64,000 nt of DNA from Callorhinchus milii (Eukaryota). The notes below the pieces were generated by a model that was not told the DNA's origin, did no database searches, and was given only the letters and a program-made list of their open reading frames with translations. The first letter of the stretch is position 1. Each line of letters starts with the position of its first letter. Where the stretch lies: NCBI RefSeq assembly GCF_018977255.1, contig NW_024704742.1, forward strand, positions 10,356,001 to 10,420,000, given 5' to 3'. The position numbers and the translations under genes are program-made. Shown one piece after another: positions 51,066 to 63,660 of this stretch.

Positions 51066-53329
51066 CGTCGCAAAGTCCTTCACAGGATACAGTAAAGTAC
51101 AGTGTAATGTTGTATCTGATGACATTACCACAGGAGGCCAGAGGGGGGCAGCCAGGCTCCAGGCAAGTAGTGAATTGTCCCTGTACTTGAAGCTGATTAC
51201 TTCACTACAGTTATTGATTAATAATAATAATTGCATTTGATACAGCATCTTATCATATCATTGAGACGTCTCAAAGTGCTTCACAGGGTATTCTGTAAGG
51301 TGTAGTGACTGTGTGTTTTGTGGGCGAAACGTACAGTAGTGTCCCACAAACAGTCATGGGTTGAGTGACTACGTTATTATTTTTTTTGAAGGGATTATTA
51401 CCCTCAGAAAGCGATCTGCCAATCGATTAACAACCGAGTTCCTACTTACTGCTAGGTAAACAGGTGTGTGTGGAGTAAGGAAACTTTCCCAATGTTTCGC
51501 ACTGCCAGGGGAATCGATACACTCACACATATAGACACACACACACTCACATAGATACACACACACAAACTCACACAGACACACTCACACAGACATGCAC
51601 ACTCACACACACACAGACTCATACTCATACACTCAAACACACACACAGACAGATACACACAGGCAGATAAACGCACAAACTGTTAATGTTTTGCCCACAA
51701 AATACAGAATCACTGCACTTTACAGTATATTCTGTGAAGTGCTTCGAGACGTCTCAACGATGTGATAAGGCTATTCAGCCCCTCAAGCCTGTTCCGCCAT
51801 TCTATAAGATCATGACTGATCTGCACCTCAAGTCTAATTACCCGTCCTTGCCTCATATCCCTTAATACCCTGAACTAACAAATATTTATCTCCCTCCTTC
51901 CTGAAGTTATCAGACACGATCTACTAGACATTCCCTGGGTTAACCTAACTCTGAAAATATGTACTTGGTAAAGTTAGATGTGTGGAGTCAGCTCAGGTAC
52001 TGTTGTCACTATGACGGGAGATCAATCAGTTTGGCTCATCAAAGGGGTTTTGGAGATGTCGCCCATACAGCCCTGAAAGCAATAATTGACTGGATATGGG
52101 AGTTCCATCCAGAGAAGTGCAAGGAATTCTAATTATTCATTATTATAATGCTGTCCTCTAGGTCGATTATCTGTCCCTTTTAACCCCACTGTATTGTCAG
52201 CATTATTCCTGTGGAGAAAAGAGTGCTGCGTCTTGAGTGCTCTGGGATGCTGCCCTGCGTGAGGGGCGCTATATAAACACAAGTTGTTGTTGTTGTCGTC
52301 TTATGCAATGCCCAGCTGATAGGAAGTGACATTAGTGATTGATGATGGAAAGTCAACTAGTCAGTTCTGGAAGCCAAGAGTACGCTAAGCCACTACACGA
52401 AACTCTGGAACTCCCTCCCTCAATCCCTCCGCCTTGCCCCCTCCCTCCCCACCTTCAAATCCCGCCTAAAGACATTCCTTTTTGATTGCGCTTACACTCA
52501 CCTCCGCACTCCCTCTCCCCTTGACTCATTCTCAGATTCCGCCACTGTGAAGTGCTCTGGGACGCTATCCCGTGTGAAGGGCGCCATAGACAAGGTGTTG
52601 CTGTTGTTGTTGAGTATTGTGCCTGCAGTTGTCAGAGCACTATAACACAGTTTATTTATTCTGTGAAGGAGCTTGCATTTTTATAATGCCTTGGCTTATT
52701 ACATCAGAACATCTCAAAGCACTTTACACTAGTTACAGTCAAGTGTTGCAACCAGTTTAGTAGGCACACTCTGGCATATTGTAGGCATAATATGTGAGCA
52801 TATTATTACATTATATATACTCAGCAATACAATAAAAAGTACATTTGTATAGCGCCTTTCACATCGGGAGGACGTCCCAAGGCGCTGAAGCATTTTGCAC
52901 ACACCAATGAGGTGAATGAACACTTTACATGGAGGATTGTTGGCCAGAACTTGCAGACACTCCCGTTTCTTCTCTGATAATGAGCTTCACAGGATTATTA
53001 ATATCACCGGAACAGACAGATGGGACTTTAATTTAGCAGCTCATCTGAAGGACTTAATAGTGCTGGGTATGCAATTACCTTTGGCCATTTGTCAAGTGCA
53101 CTGAGGCGTCCTCCCGACATGAAAGGTGCTGTAAATTGTAAAATGGCTCTTGCTTCACTTGATAGTTTGCAGAGAAGATGGGTTGTCTAACCCGAAACAC
53201 AAAACTAAGTTTCTGTTGTCCTCACCGTATGTGGAGCAGCAAAGAGCATGCTTTTACCCTAGATTTACAGATGTAAATAAGTAGTTTATGATCATTTTTT
53301 CTTGTTGTTTTCCTATTTAAAAGGATACG

Positions 53330-53575
53330 ACTAGTCACTGGGGGCAAGGAGTCATTCTGTTCCTGTTAACCCTGCCAAGCCCTAACGGTTAGGGTGGTCC
53401 CAGCTGTACAAGCAGGGGGAAAGCTTGCCAGCCAGTGATATCAAGCTGTGCGGTTTCGCTGGTTACACTCCAGCAGTTACCCCAACGCACACTCCCCAAG
53501 CCTTGGATCTTGCAAACCTACACCTAATACTTTCCGGAATTAGGTAAGCAGAATGCATCCCCCCAGGGAGAGAGA
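53330..53575 (+). mobile_element. ~600-nt structured retroposon, central fragment
   Basis: AGTCACTGGGGGCA..GTTAACCCTGC..GCCCTAACGGTTAGGGTGGTCC..ACCTAATACTTTCCGGAATTAGGT. Confidence 0.8.
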
Positions 53576-53664
53576 GCAGCGATTCAAATTCAAAGAGAAA
53601 CATATGTGTGACAAGTCAAAATGTAACACTGTATTTGACATAATTGTGATTACAATAGGGTGTA

Positions 53665-54030
53665 GGCCTGGCTAAATTGGTAGCACTTTTGCCTCTGGAT
53701 TGTGGTTTAAAGCCCCACATTGGGACTCTGAACTCACATAGACGAGGTTAATACTCCAGTGCAGTGCTGCATTGTTGCATGTGCTGTCCTTTGAATGAGA
53801 CATTACAAGATCACATCTGTCTGTTCGGATGGAGACCCCGTGGGTCTATTCGAAAAGAGAATTTCTCCTGATGTCCTGGCCAACAAACCCCTGGATAAAA
53901 TTAGTCGTTTACTTCATGCCTGTATATATGACACTATTTGTGTGCAAATAGGCAGCTGTATTTGCTAACAAATGCACACAAATACACAGTTGCACCACTT
54001 AACAGTAAAATCCTGTGAATGCTTAGTGAT
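53665..54030 (+). mobile_element. DeuSINE/SacSINE1-like copy with tRNA-derived head
   Basis: TGGTAGCACTTTTGCCTCTG..CTCCAGTGCAG..TGAGACATT..TGTCCTGGCCAAC; another head at ~55285-55460. Confidence 0.7.
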
Positions 54031-54139
54031 GCCCTTTTTTTTGGCAGACAGTGCTCAGTATGGTCCCTCCCAAGCACTATCTGAATTCCAAACCCTTCCT
54101 CCGCCCGCCCCCGAGTTTAAACCCCCCCAGCCCATTGTT

Positions 54140-54515
54140 AATAATAATTATAATCCTTGCGTTTCATATAGTGCTTCATCACATCTTCAAGATGACTCAA
54201 AGTGCTTCACAGAATATACCATAAATATAATGAATTGACTGTATTTTGTGGGCAAAACGCAACAGCCAATTGCACACAGCAGTGTCCCACAAACAGTCAT
54301 GGATTGAGTGACCAAATCATTATTTTTTTTAAGGGATTATTACCCCCAGGAAAAGCAATCCGCCAATCAACTAACAACGGGTTCCTACTTACTGCTAGGT
54401 AAACAGAGGGGTGTGAAGTAAGGAAACTTGCCTAAGGTTTTTTCCCTGCCCGGGAATCGAACCCAGCTCTATCACTTGCGAGATGAGTGCTCTAACCACT
54501 AAGTTACAGGACTCC
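54140..54515 (-). mobile_element. tRNA-Ala SINE, long subfamily
   Basis: Full-length copy. Confidence 0.9.
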
Positions 54516-54669
54516 ATTGTTGTCTAAAATCATCTTAACCCATACAGAATAATCTCGGATCAATGATTTGTACAAATGGCTCACAAGCACAATAGAGCCA
54601 TGACAGTGATTATTACAAAATAAATGGAAACAATGGATGAAAAGGAAGATTACAAATTACAAGTGTCTT

Positions 54670-54994
54670 ATAATAATAATAATAATAATCCTTGCATTTG
54701 ATATAGCGCTTTTCACGTCGGGAGGACGTCCCAAAGCGCTTCACAGAACACACTGTATAGTGAATTGACTGCATATTTGTGGGCGAACGTGGCAGCCAAT
54801 TGCGCACAGCAATGTCCCACAAACAGTCGTAGATTGAAAATGACCAATTTATTATTGTTTTTGGTTTTGGAGGGATTATTATTAGGCTCTGTGTGGAATA
54901 AGGAAACTTGCCCAAGGTTTCGCCCTCTGCCTGGAATTGAACTCAGGTCTCTCGCTTGCAAAGCGAGTGCTCTAACCACTGAGCTACAGGACTC
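54670..54994 (-). mobile_element. tRNA-Ala SINE, short subfamily with L2-matched tail (young)
   Basis: Tail TTTGGGACGTCCTCCCGACGTGAAAAGCGCT; near-identical to 58540-58865. Confidence 0.92.
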
Positions 54995-56569
54995 AATGTA
55001 CTTTTAAGAAAACAAAGCTTTCAAGAAATCTATCTAATTTGTTCTTGAAATAAACACCATTTTCTGCTTCCACTGTCTCCCTAAAAGTCTGTTCCGTAAG
55101 TTTACTACTCACTCACTAAAGTAGTGTTTCTGCAGATTTGTTCTGTCTTTACCCCCCACTTCAATTGCAGGCCATGTCCTCTGGTTCCACTGTTCAGTAC
55201 AAGATAACATGAAGTTTGCCCTCTGGTTTGAAACCCTTCATGTGTCAGTATACCTGCAGTACACATGCCATCCTGTGACAGACTGGCTCTGGTGGTAGCG
55301 CTCTGACTTTGGAGTCAGAAGGTTATGGTCCCAAGCCCCATGTTGCGACTTGACCCTGTACAGTGGGCACTCTTGTTTTGGGGTACATTATAATAGTCGG
55401 AGGTGCCGTCCTTCAGATACGATGTTGAATTGGTCCTGTCTGCCTGTTAAGGTGGCTTCACCGCCCACGAAATCAGTAGAAATACAGATGGTGTAAATTG
55501 ATTCTGCCTCTGCTTAAAAATAATAAATGGCAATAACCTTTTGGGATCATTAATTACACAAAGAAAAATGTCACCATTTGGTGCAGATTAGCAGAGTTCT
55601 GTGGTTATAGCTGCATATGTGGAGAGCTTTCCTCAGCTCATAGCAAATGGGGGTATGCAGCAAGAAATATAAATGCTGGTTTTACTTCTAAACACTTTTT
55701 TGCAGGAAGGAAATTGAAACCCATTCCAGTGCTATACAGAGGGAAATAGAATCTGGCAATTCCTGTTTGCAGAATGTCTGCTAGTGTCAGAATGCTGATT
55801 AGAATATAAATAATCGTTATATAATATACAGTGCCTATCATGGTGAGAGAATGTCTCAAAACACTTCACGGGATTTACTGTAAAGTGAAGCAATTGTGTG
55901 TCTTGTAGGCAGCCAATTTGTACACAGCAGTGCCCCATAAACAGCCACAAAGTGATTGACTAATTTTTTTAGGGGATTGTTGACACTGGGAGAAACTCTT
56001 CTCTTGATAATAAAACTTATCTTTGCATTTGGAATAGCACCTTATCACATCATCCTGGCAGGGCAAAACCTTGGGCAAGTTTCCTCACTCCACATGCCTA
56101 ATAATAATCTCTCAAAAAAATTAATAAATAAAATATAATTTGGTCTCTCAATCTATGACTGTTTTTGCTGTGTGCAATTGGCTGCTGTATTTTGCCCACA
56201 AAATATACAGTCAATTCACTTTACAGAATATTCTGTGAAGCACTTTGAGATGTCTAGAAGACATGAAAAGCGCTATATCATATGCAAGGATTATTATTAT
56301 TATTATTTATTATTATTATCACATCATCGAGATATCCCAAAGCGCTTCACAGGATATACTGCAAATTTCAAAGAATGAATTTGGAATCGTCCTCCCAAAC
56401 AGACAGGACCTCGGTTTAACATCTCATCCAAAGGATGGAACTATTGCCATGCTCCCACAGCACTGCAGTTGAAGGGTTAGACCAGACTATAATTTCAGTT
56501 TCCCCAAAGAGGGGCTCAAACCTGCTCCAACTTGAATTATGATTTAAAGAAAGAAGAATAAAGCATAAT

Positions 56570-57580
56570 CAACAACAACAACAAAATTACATTTATAAAG
56601 TGCCTTTCACATCGGGAGGACGTCCCAAGGCGCTGGACAGACAGAGTTTCGGACCCGAGCTGGGGGTCGGGGTCAGGGAGGGTGGAGGGCAGTGGGGGAA
56701 GCAGGGAGATCGAAAGCATGGTCAAAGAGGAGGGTCTTGAAATGGGTCTTGAAGATGGCAAGGGAGGGGACGAGGCGGAAGGACTGTAGGATGGAGTTCC
56801 AGAGGGTGGGGAGAGTGGCAGAAGGCCCGCCCGCCAATAGTGGGGCGAGTGAGGTGGGGGATATGAAGCAGCCTGGAGCCTACTGAATGGAGGGAACAAG
56901 CAGGATGGTAGGGGGTTTTGAGGTTGCAGAGGTCGGTGGAGCAAGACCATGGAGAGCTTTGAAGGTGAAGAACAGGATCTTGAACTGTATCCTCTGTGTG
57001 ATGGGAAGCCAGTGGAGTTGGGCAAGGATGGGGGTGATAGGGTCACGGAGCCTAGTGCGGTAGAGGACACGGGCTGCAGAGTTCTGGATGATCTGCAGCC
57101 TATGAAGGGAGGAGTTGGGGAGGCCGACAAGCAGTGAGTTTACGTAATCGAGCCTCGATGTAATGAAAGCATGTATGAGGGTTTTTGCGGCCTGTGGTGT
57201 GAGATAGTGTCGGAGCCGGGCGACGTTGCAGAGGTGGGGAAGGCAGAATGGTCATGGCGCAGATGTGGGGTAGAAAGGATAGTTGAGGGTCAAACAAGAC
57301 CCCAAGGTTCCGGACAGGCTTAGTGAGGTGGAGTGTGTAACCATTGATGGTATTGCTGTCAGCGCCTGAGGTGTGGAGGCGCTGACGGGAGCCAATCAGA
57401 AGGGCCTCAGTCTTGTTGACATTGAACTGAAGAAAGTTAACTCTTATCCAGGACTTGATGTCTGACAGACATTCTGTCAACACAGCAGTGATCCTGGAGT
57501 CAAGGGTGGAGGCAGAGAGGTAGAGTTGGGTGTCATCCGCATACATGTGGAAATTGACCCCATGTCTGTGGATGATGTCA
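56570..57580 (-). mobile_element. L2 LINE, 5'-truncated (RT domain to 3' tail)
   Basis: MYADDTQLYLS...IKSWIRVNFLQFNVNKTE...RNLGVLFDPQLSF; (TTG)n tail at ~56571-56583; a second L2 tail at ~57582-57690. Confidence 0.93.
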
Positions 57581-58539
57581 CTAACAACAAAACAACAACA
57601 AAATTACTTTATAGAGCGCCTTTCACGTCGGGAGGATGTCCCAAAGCGCTGAACAGTCAGATGTCAGGGCCCGAGCATGGGTCGAAGAGAACTAAGAGGT
57701 AAAAATAATGTAAAAATTGCATTCTTTGAATAAATTTAAATTGTGATGGTGTTTGTTTGTGGGGAGGGTGGGTTGAAGATAATGCCACAGTTGTAAAGGT
57801 GATTCTCTATTCATTTTGAAAGGGGGCCTCATAATAATATATAATCATCCTTGCATTTGATAAAGCGCTTTATCACGTCTTCGAGATGTCTCAAAGCGCT
57901 TCATAGAATATACTGCAAAGTGTAGTGACTGTATATCTAGTGGGCGAAACAATGGTAGCATTTCAACATTCCAGGTTCTCATTGTCACTCAGCAAATGTG
58001 GCAAGCATTACCTTTGACTACCTTTGCTTTGAATCGTCAGATTCCCCCCAAAATGAACAAAACATGATTTGCTGTTAATCTACTTAAATCCTCTTTGCAG
58101 TGCAATTTTCTCTTTTTAAAAGAAAGTTTTCATATTCCAACTTTGTTTTTTTTTGCCTGCAGTTGTTGAGAGCGGACTGGGGGCATGAGATCACTGAGAT
58201 TTCTCTAGTGTGTGGTCCTCTGGAGAGCTGAAGTCTAGACTGATGGAAGGCCTTGTTTTGATGCTGTTGAAAAGAGATGCAGATTTTCCCATTGGTGCTA
58301 CATCAACTGCTCTCATCAAGTGTCAGCTTTAACTAATTTTACTTTCCTGAATGCTCTTTCAACCTTCTTTACAGCAACAAATAATTTGCTTTTAGCAGAA
58401 ATAACATTCATTGAACTTTATGAATGTTTGGCCCATTTGTGCGTTCCAGTTCTCTGAAAGAGCAATCCATTTAATCCCACATCCCTGCCCTTTCCTGTAA
58501 CCTTTTATATTCAGGTAATTCCTTATTTAATTCCTTATT

Positions 58540-58865
58540 TAATAATAATAATAATAATAATCCTTGCATTTGATATAGCGCTTTTCACGTCGGGAGGACG
58601 TCCCAAAGCGCTTCACAGAACACACTGTAAAGTGAATTGACTGTATATTTGTGGGCGAACGGGGCAGCCAATTGCGCCCAGCAATGTCCCACAAACAGTC
58701 GTAGATTGAAAATGACCAATTTATTATTGTTTTTTTTTTTTTTGGAGGGATTATTATTGGAGTGTGGCGTAAGGAAACTTGCCCAAGGTTTCGCCCTGCC
58801 TGGAATTGAACTCAGGTCTCTCGCTTGCAAAGCGAGTGCTCTAATCACTGAGCTACAGGACTCCA
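58540..58865 (-). mobile_element. tRNA-Ala SINE, short subfamily with L2-matched tail (young)
   Basis: Same tail as the 54670 copy; AATTCCTT(A/T)TT flanking duplication. Confidence 0.92.
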
Positions 58866-59303
58866 ATTCCTTTTTGAAAGCAACTAGTAAACTAGCAACT
58901 AGTTTACCTATCTGCTTCAACCACTGTTTTAAAAGGGGATTCCAAGTCCTGTCAAACAAGACACCAAAGTTCCATATTGAAACAGTACGATGGAGAGTGC
59001 ATCCATGAACAGTGATGTTATCTTGTGGAGTCCTGTAGCTCAGTGATTAGAGCACTCGCTTCACAAGCGAGAGGACCAGGCTTCGATTCCCAAGTAGGGC
59101 AAAATGTTGTGCAAGTTTCCTTAATCCACACGCCTGTTACCTAGCAGCAATTAGGATTCCAACTGTCAGTTGATTGGCGGTTGGATCGCTTTTCCGGTGG
59201 TAATAAAAAAAGGCATGAAAAGCGCTATATCAAATGCAAGGATTATGTTATTATTTTATTTTATTATGTATAACCTAAAATTTTAGAATTCCCCAATACT
59301 CTG

Positions 59304-60325
59304 CATAACATAACATAACATAACATAACATAACATAACATAACATAACATAACATGTAGGAGCAGGAGTAGGCCATTCAGCCCTTCGAGCCTGCCCCGC
59401 CATTCAATCATGGCTGATCTTCTAATCTAACTCCAGTTAATAACCTGACCCCGCCTTATCCCCATATCCCTTAATCCCTTTTGCAATAAGAAATCTATCT
59501 ATCTCAGTCTTGAATATGTTCAAGGACTGAGCGTCAACAGCCATTTGGGTAGTGAGTTTCCATACATTCACCACCCTTTGAGTGAAGAAGTTCTTTCTCA
59601 GTGCGAAAGGGCTGGCCTCTGATTTTAAGGTTTTAGTTTCTCCCACTATCTACTCTGTCATACCCTTTGATGATTATAGGTTTCTATAAGATCCCCTCTC
59701 ATTCTTCTATATATTCTAGAGAATATAGGCCCAAATTGGTCAGCCTATCCTCGTAACTCATCCCCTTCATCCCTGGTACCAACCGAGTAAATCTACGCTG
59801 CACCCCCTCCAAGGCAAGTACGTCCTTCCTTAAATAAGGAGACCAAAACTGGACACAGTATTCCAGGTGTGGTCTCACCAGGGCCCTATACAGTTGCAGC
59901 AAGACTTCCCTACTCTTATACTCTAATCCTTTCATAATGAATGCTAACATACCGTTCACCTTCCTAATTGCTGCTGCACCTTCAGACTAACTTTCTGTGA
60001 TTGGTGTACAAGGACACCCAAGTCCCTCTGGACGCTAACACATTCCAATCTCTCCCCTTCTAAAAAATAACCCGCTCTACTGTTTTTACTCCCAAGGTGG
60101 ATGACTTTGCACTTCCCTACATTATACTTCATCTGCCACCTACCTGCCCAATCACCTAACCTATCTATGTCTCGCTGCATTTTTTTAATGTCGTCCTCTG
60201 TGTTGGCACTTCCTCCTAGTTTTGTGTCATCCGCGAATTTAGATATATTAACTTTGATGTCCTCATCTAGATCGTTGATGTAGATGGTAAATAGCTGAGG
60301 CCCAAGGACTGGTCCTTGTGGCAAT
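59304..60325 (-). mobile_element. CR1 LINE, 5'-truncated, with (TTATG)n tail
   Basis: PQGPVLGPQLFTIYINDLD..FADDTKLGG; LEYCVQFWSP; (CATAA)10 from 59304. Confidence 0.93.
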
Positions 60326-60994
60326 TCTTCAAAAAAAAATATTTTTGACATAGAATATTTGATGCATTATAGATATAAGAAATAAACTGAACCAGACAAA
60401 TGTGATTGTAATTTATATGTTGCTGTTTAAGTTTTTTATCATCAATTTTACTCCTCCCTCACTTAAGGTGTTTCCCTAAAGTCCCAGCTCAGAGTCAGGC
60501 TCTGCCACTGTTAAGTGCTCTGAGACACTAACCTGCGTGGAGGACGCTATATAAGTGCAAGCTGTTGTTGTTTGATTCTTTTCCCTTCTACTGGAGTATA
60601 GTTTCTACAAGAACCTGGCCCACTATTTGTGTGTGAGCTTCGACAGTGAATTTCAACAAACACTGACCTGTTTCATGTCCTCCATCCTACTCTGCCTCAC
60701 TATTAGTGGGCAAGCTTTCAGCCATTCTGCCTCTGCTCTCTGGAACTCTATCCTGGAGACCTTCCAGCTTGCTCGCTCGCTCCCTCCCTCCCTGCCTTCA
60801 AAACATGCCTCAAGACTTAGCTCTTTGACCGTGCTTTTGGCTACTATTAATTCCCTCTTACCAGCCTAAGCCCTCCAACTTGGGCTTCCAGTTAGTTCTG
60901 TGAAGCACTTTAAAATGTCCTCCCAGCATAAAAGGTGCTACATAAATGTAAATTGTTGTTGATCAATTTGATTGTGCGGGCATTACAGCTGAAA

Positions 60995-61367
60995 TATAAT
61001 AATAATCTTTGCATTTGATATAGCGCTTATCACTTCTTCGAGACATCTCAAACCGCTTGGCAGAATATCCTGTAAAGTGAATTGACTGTATATTTTGTGG
61101 GCAAAACGTGGTAGTACAATTGCGCACAGCAGTATCCCACAAACAGTCGTGGATTAAGTGACCAAATTATTCTTATTTATTTTGAAGGAATTATTACCCA
61201 CAGAAAAGAGATTCACCAATCGACTAACAACCAGGTTCTTATGCACTGCGAGGTAAACAGAGGCGTGTGGAGTAAGGAAACTTGCCCAATGTTTCCCCCA
61301 CCAGGAATTGAACCCAGGTCTCGCACTTAAAAAAATGAGAGCTCTAACCACTGAGCTACAGGTCTCC
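60995..61367 (-). mobile_element. tRNA-Ala SINE, long subfamily
   Basis: Full-length copy. Confidence 0.88.
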
Positions 61368-61727
61368 AGATGGAAACAGTAGTCTTTTCATCTAAATGTG
61401 TTATGATCCTGCGATAGGCATCAATCAATCTGATTTAACCACTTACCTCGATGCTCACACAAGAAAACATGTGTGAGCATCTACCCCCTTCCTTCTCATC
61501 TCAGCTGTACTGCACATCAATTTTTTTTGCAGCTGCTACAACATAAGATAAGCAAGACTTTTAAAGAAAAAAAATGCAGATAGTCATTCAAGAGTCAAAA
61601 AGAGCTTGTGATTCTTTCCATTAAAGGCTTTTACTTTTGTGGATAGAATTACATAGCAGTGCTCCAAGATGTTGTTCTATGTGAACCATGCTGTAGAAAT
61701 GTAACAAGTTGTTGTTTACTGACATAC

Positions 61728-61827
61728 CGTTGCCAACTCTTCTCTTCCGTCTGGGAATTGTAAAGTTTTTCAAACTGTCCAGCCCTGGATTGTTGCAAAA
61801 GATTTCACTCTTCCGGCTTGAGTCCAT
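61728..61827 (-). CDS. First coding exon (exon 61728-61850) of a TEX15/TASOR-family gene, most like TEX15
   Basis: Acceptor ATTTTTTTAG|G at 61851/61850; in-frame stops before ATG 61827; MDSSRKSEIFCNNPGLDSLKNFTIPRRKRRVGN then phase-1 donor ACG|GTATGT; LKNFTIPRRKR recalls TEX15 LKKFTIPKIRR / TASOR FQIPRK (from memory); downstream exons not found. Confidence 0.55.
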
Positions 61828-62119
61828 TCTTCATGGCCTTCAGATTAGCCCTAAAAAAATATTGTCAAAACATCAAACAAAACTGCTTATGAATATGTAC
61901 CAAACTAAAAATACACAATTTAGATTGCTTTCCTGTATGTATAAATCAGCAAGCTTCTGTTTAAATATGTTCAAATTAACTCCACACAATCTACTTTAAG
62001 GGCATATTGGGGAGAAATTCCACCTGGATCTACAGTTTCTCTATTTCCTAGCATTGCAAAGTGCCCAGTAGTCAGTAAATTGATGAATTCAGTCTTGAGC
62101 CGTTTTTCTGTAATTAGTA

Positions 62120-62855
62120 AAAGAACGTTTAAAGGAGGTGGAGGAACAGATGACCTGGGTGTTCCATGCACAAATCTTTGAAGGTGGCAGGACAAGTTGA
62201 AAAAGGTGTTAAAATGCATATGGGATCCTTAGCTTTATAAATAGAGGCACAAAGTACGAAAGAAAGGAAGTTATGTTAAACCTTTATAAATCACTGGTTA
62301 GGCCTCAGCTGGAGTATTGTGTCCAATTCTGGGCACCACACTTCAGGAAGGATGTCAGGGCCTTGGAGAGAGTGCAGCGGAGATTTACCAGAATTATACC
62401 AGGGATGAGGAACTTCAGTTATTTGGAGTGACTAGAGAGATTGGGAGTGTTCTCCTTAGAACAGAGAAAGTTGAGGGGAGATTTAATGGAGATGTTCAAG
62501 ATTTTGAGGGTTTGGATGGAGTAGATAGGGAGAAAATGTTTCCTCTGGCGGGTGGGTTGGACACAGATTTAAGATAATTGGCAAAATAACCAGAGGGGAG
62601 CTGAGGAGAATTTTTTTTGACCCAGGGCTTTGTTAAGGTCTGAAATGCAATGCCTGAAAGGGTGGTGAAAGCAGATTAGATAGTAGGTTTCAAAAGGGAA
62701 GTGGATAGGTACTCGAAAAGAAAAATTTGCAGGGCTATGGGGTAAGAGCTGGGGAGTGGGATTAGTTGGATAGCTCTTTCAAAGAGCCGGCACCTGGCAC
62801 AATGGGCTGAATGACCTCCTTCTGTGCTGTAAGATTCTATGATTTTATGATTCTA
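62120..62855 (+). mobile_element. CR1 LINE 3' portion
   Basis: CTGGAGTATTGTGTCCAATTCTGGGCACCACAC (LEYCVQFWAPH); (ATTCTATG)n tail. Confidence 0.92.
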
Positions 62856-63409
62856 TAACTCACAAAGAAACAGCTTCAAAATGAAGACTGTATTTAAGAA
62901 GTTACCAAGTATAGGATGCCCTGTAAGGCCATATTGAGTAAATTAGACCCAGGTGTAATATCTCTCAATATTTACCACGTTAACTTGAGCAAAAACTGCA
63001 TAAAGACCTTAAATCTTTGATTTTCCCACTATTCCTACTATGTCCCTCCTAACTTCCCTCAGCTTCTGTTCCTAACATATCCTCATCTCCAGTTCACCCC
63101 TATCTCCAGTTCATACTGCACATCAATTTTTGCGGTAATTGCAAAAATTACTGCTGACCACCCTTCTCTCTTGGCTCAACTTCACTCTTGAAATTAAGAC
63201 TCTCACCCACTTCCATGGCTGCCACTTTGAGCTCATAGGGTTAACTCAATGTTTCTCGATCTCTGACAAAAGCAGTCTCTGACCACTCTTCATTTCCCTT
63301 ACCTCCTTCATCCACCACTGCTTCCCATCCCTGGAAAATGAAAAATCCCCCACTCCATCACAACTGCCTCTGAACCCCTGCCCACTTGCCCACTTCTGTG
63401 GGCTCCGGA

Positions 63410-63660
63410 CTTCTGCTTGTCTCTCGTGCCCTCTGTTCCACCATTCCACCATCCACTATGCCCCGAAACTCTGGAAACCTCGTCCTCTATCCCTCCGCCT
63501 TGCCCCTTCCATCCCATCTTTAGGTCGTACCTGAAGACCTTCCTATTCAACCGGTCACTTCCCCTTCCCCTCGGCTTAGCGTTGTGCTCTGCCACTGTCA
63601 AGCGCTCTGGGACACTACCCTGCGTGAGGGATACTGTGTAAAAGCAAGTTGTTGTTGTTC
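63410..63660 (+). mobile_element. L2 3' end
   Basis: FRSYLKTFLF motif; tail ending (TTG)n. Confidence 0.75.

Noticed and set aside
58085..58275. Possible next TEX15 exon (minus frame TREISVI..ALNNCR..TKL..TAKR)
   Set aside because: Acceptor is out of phase with the 61728 donor, no GT donor after KR, and similarity is weak enough to be chance
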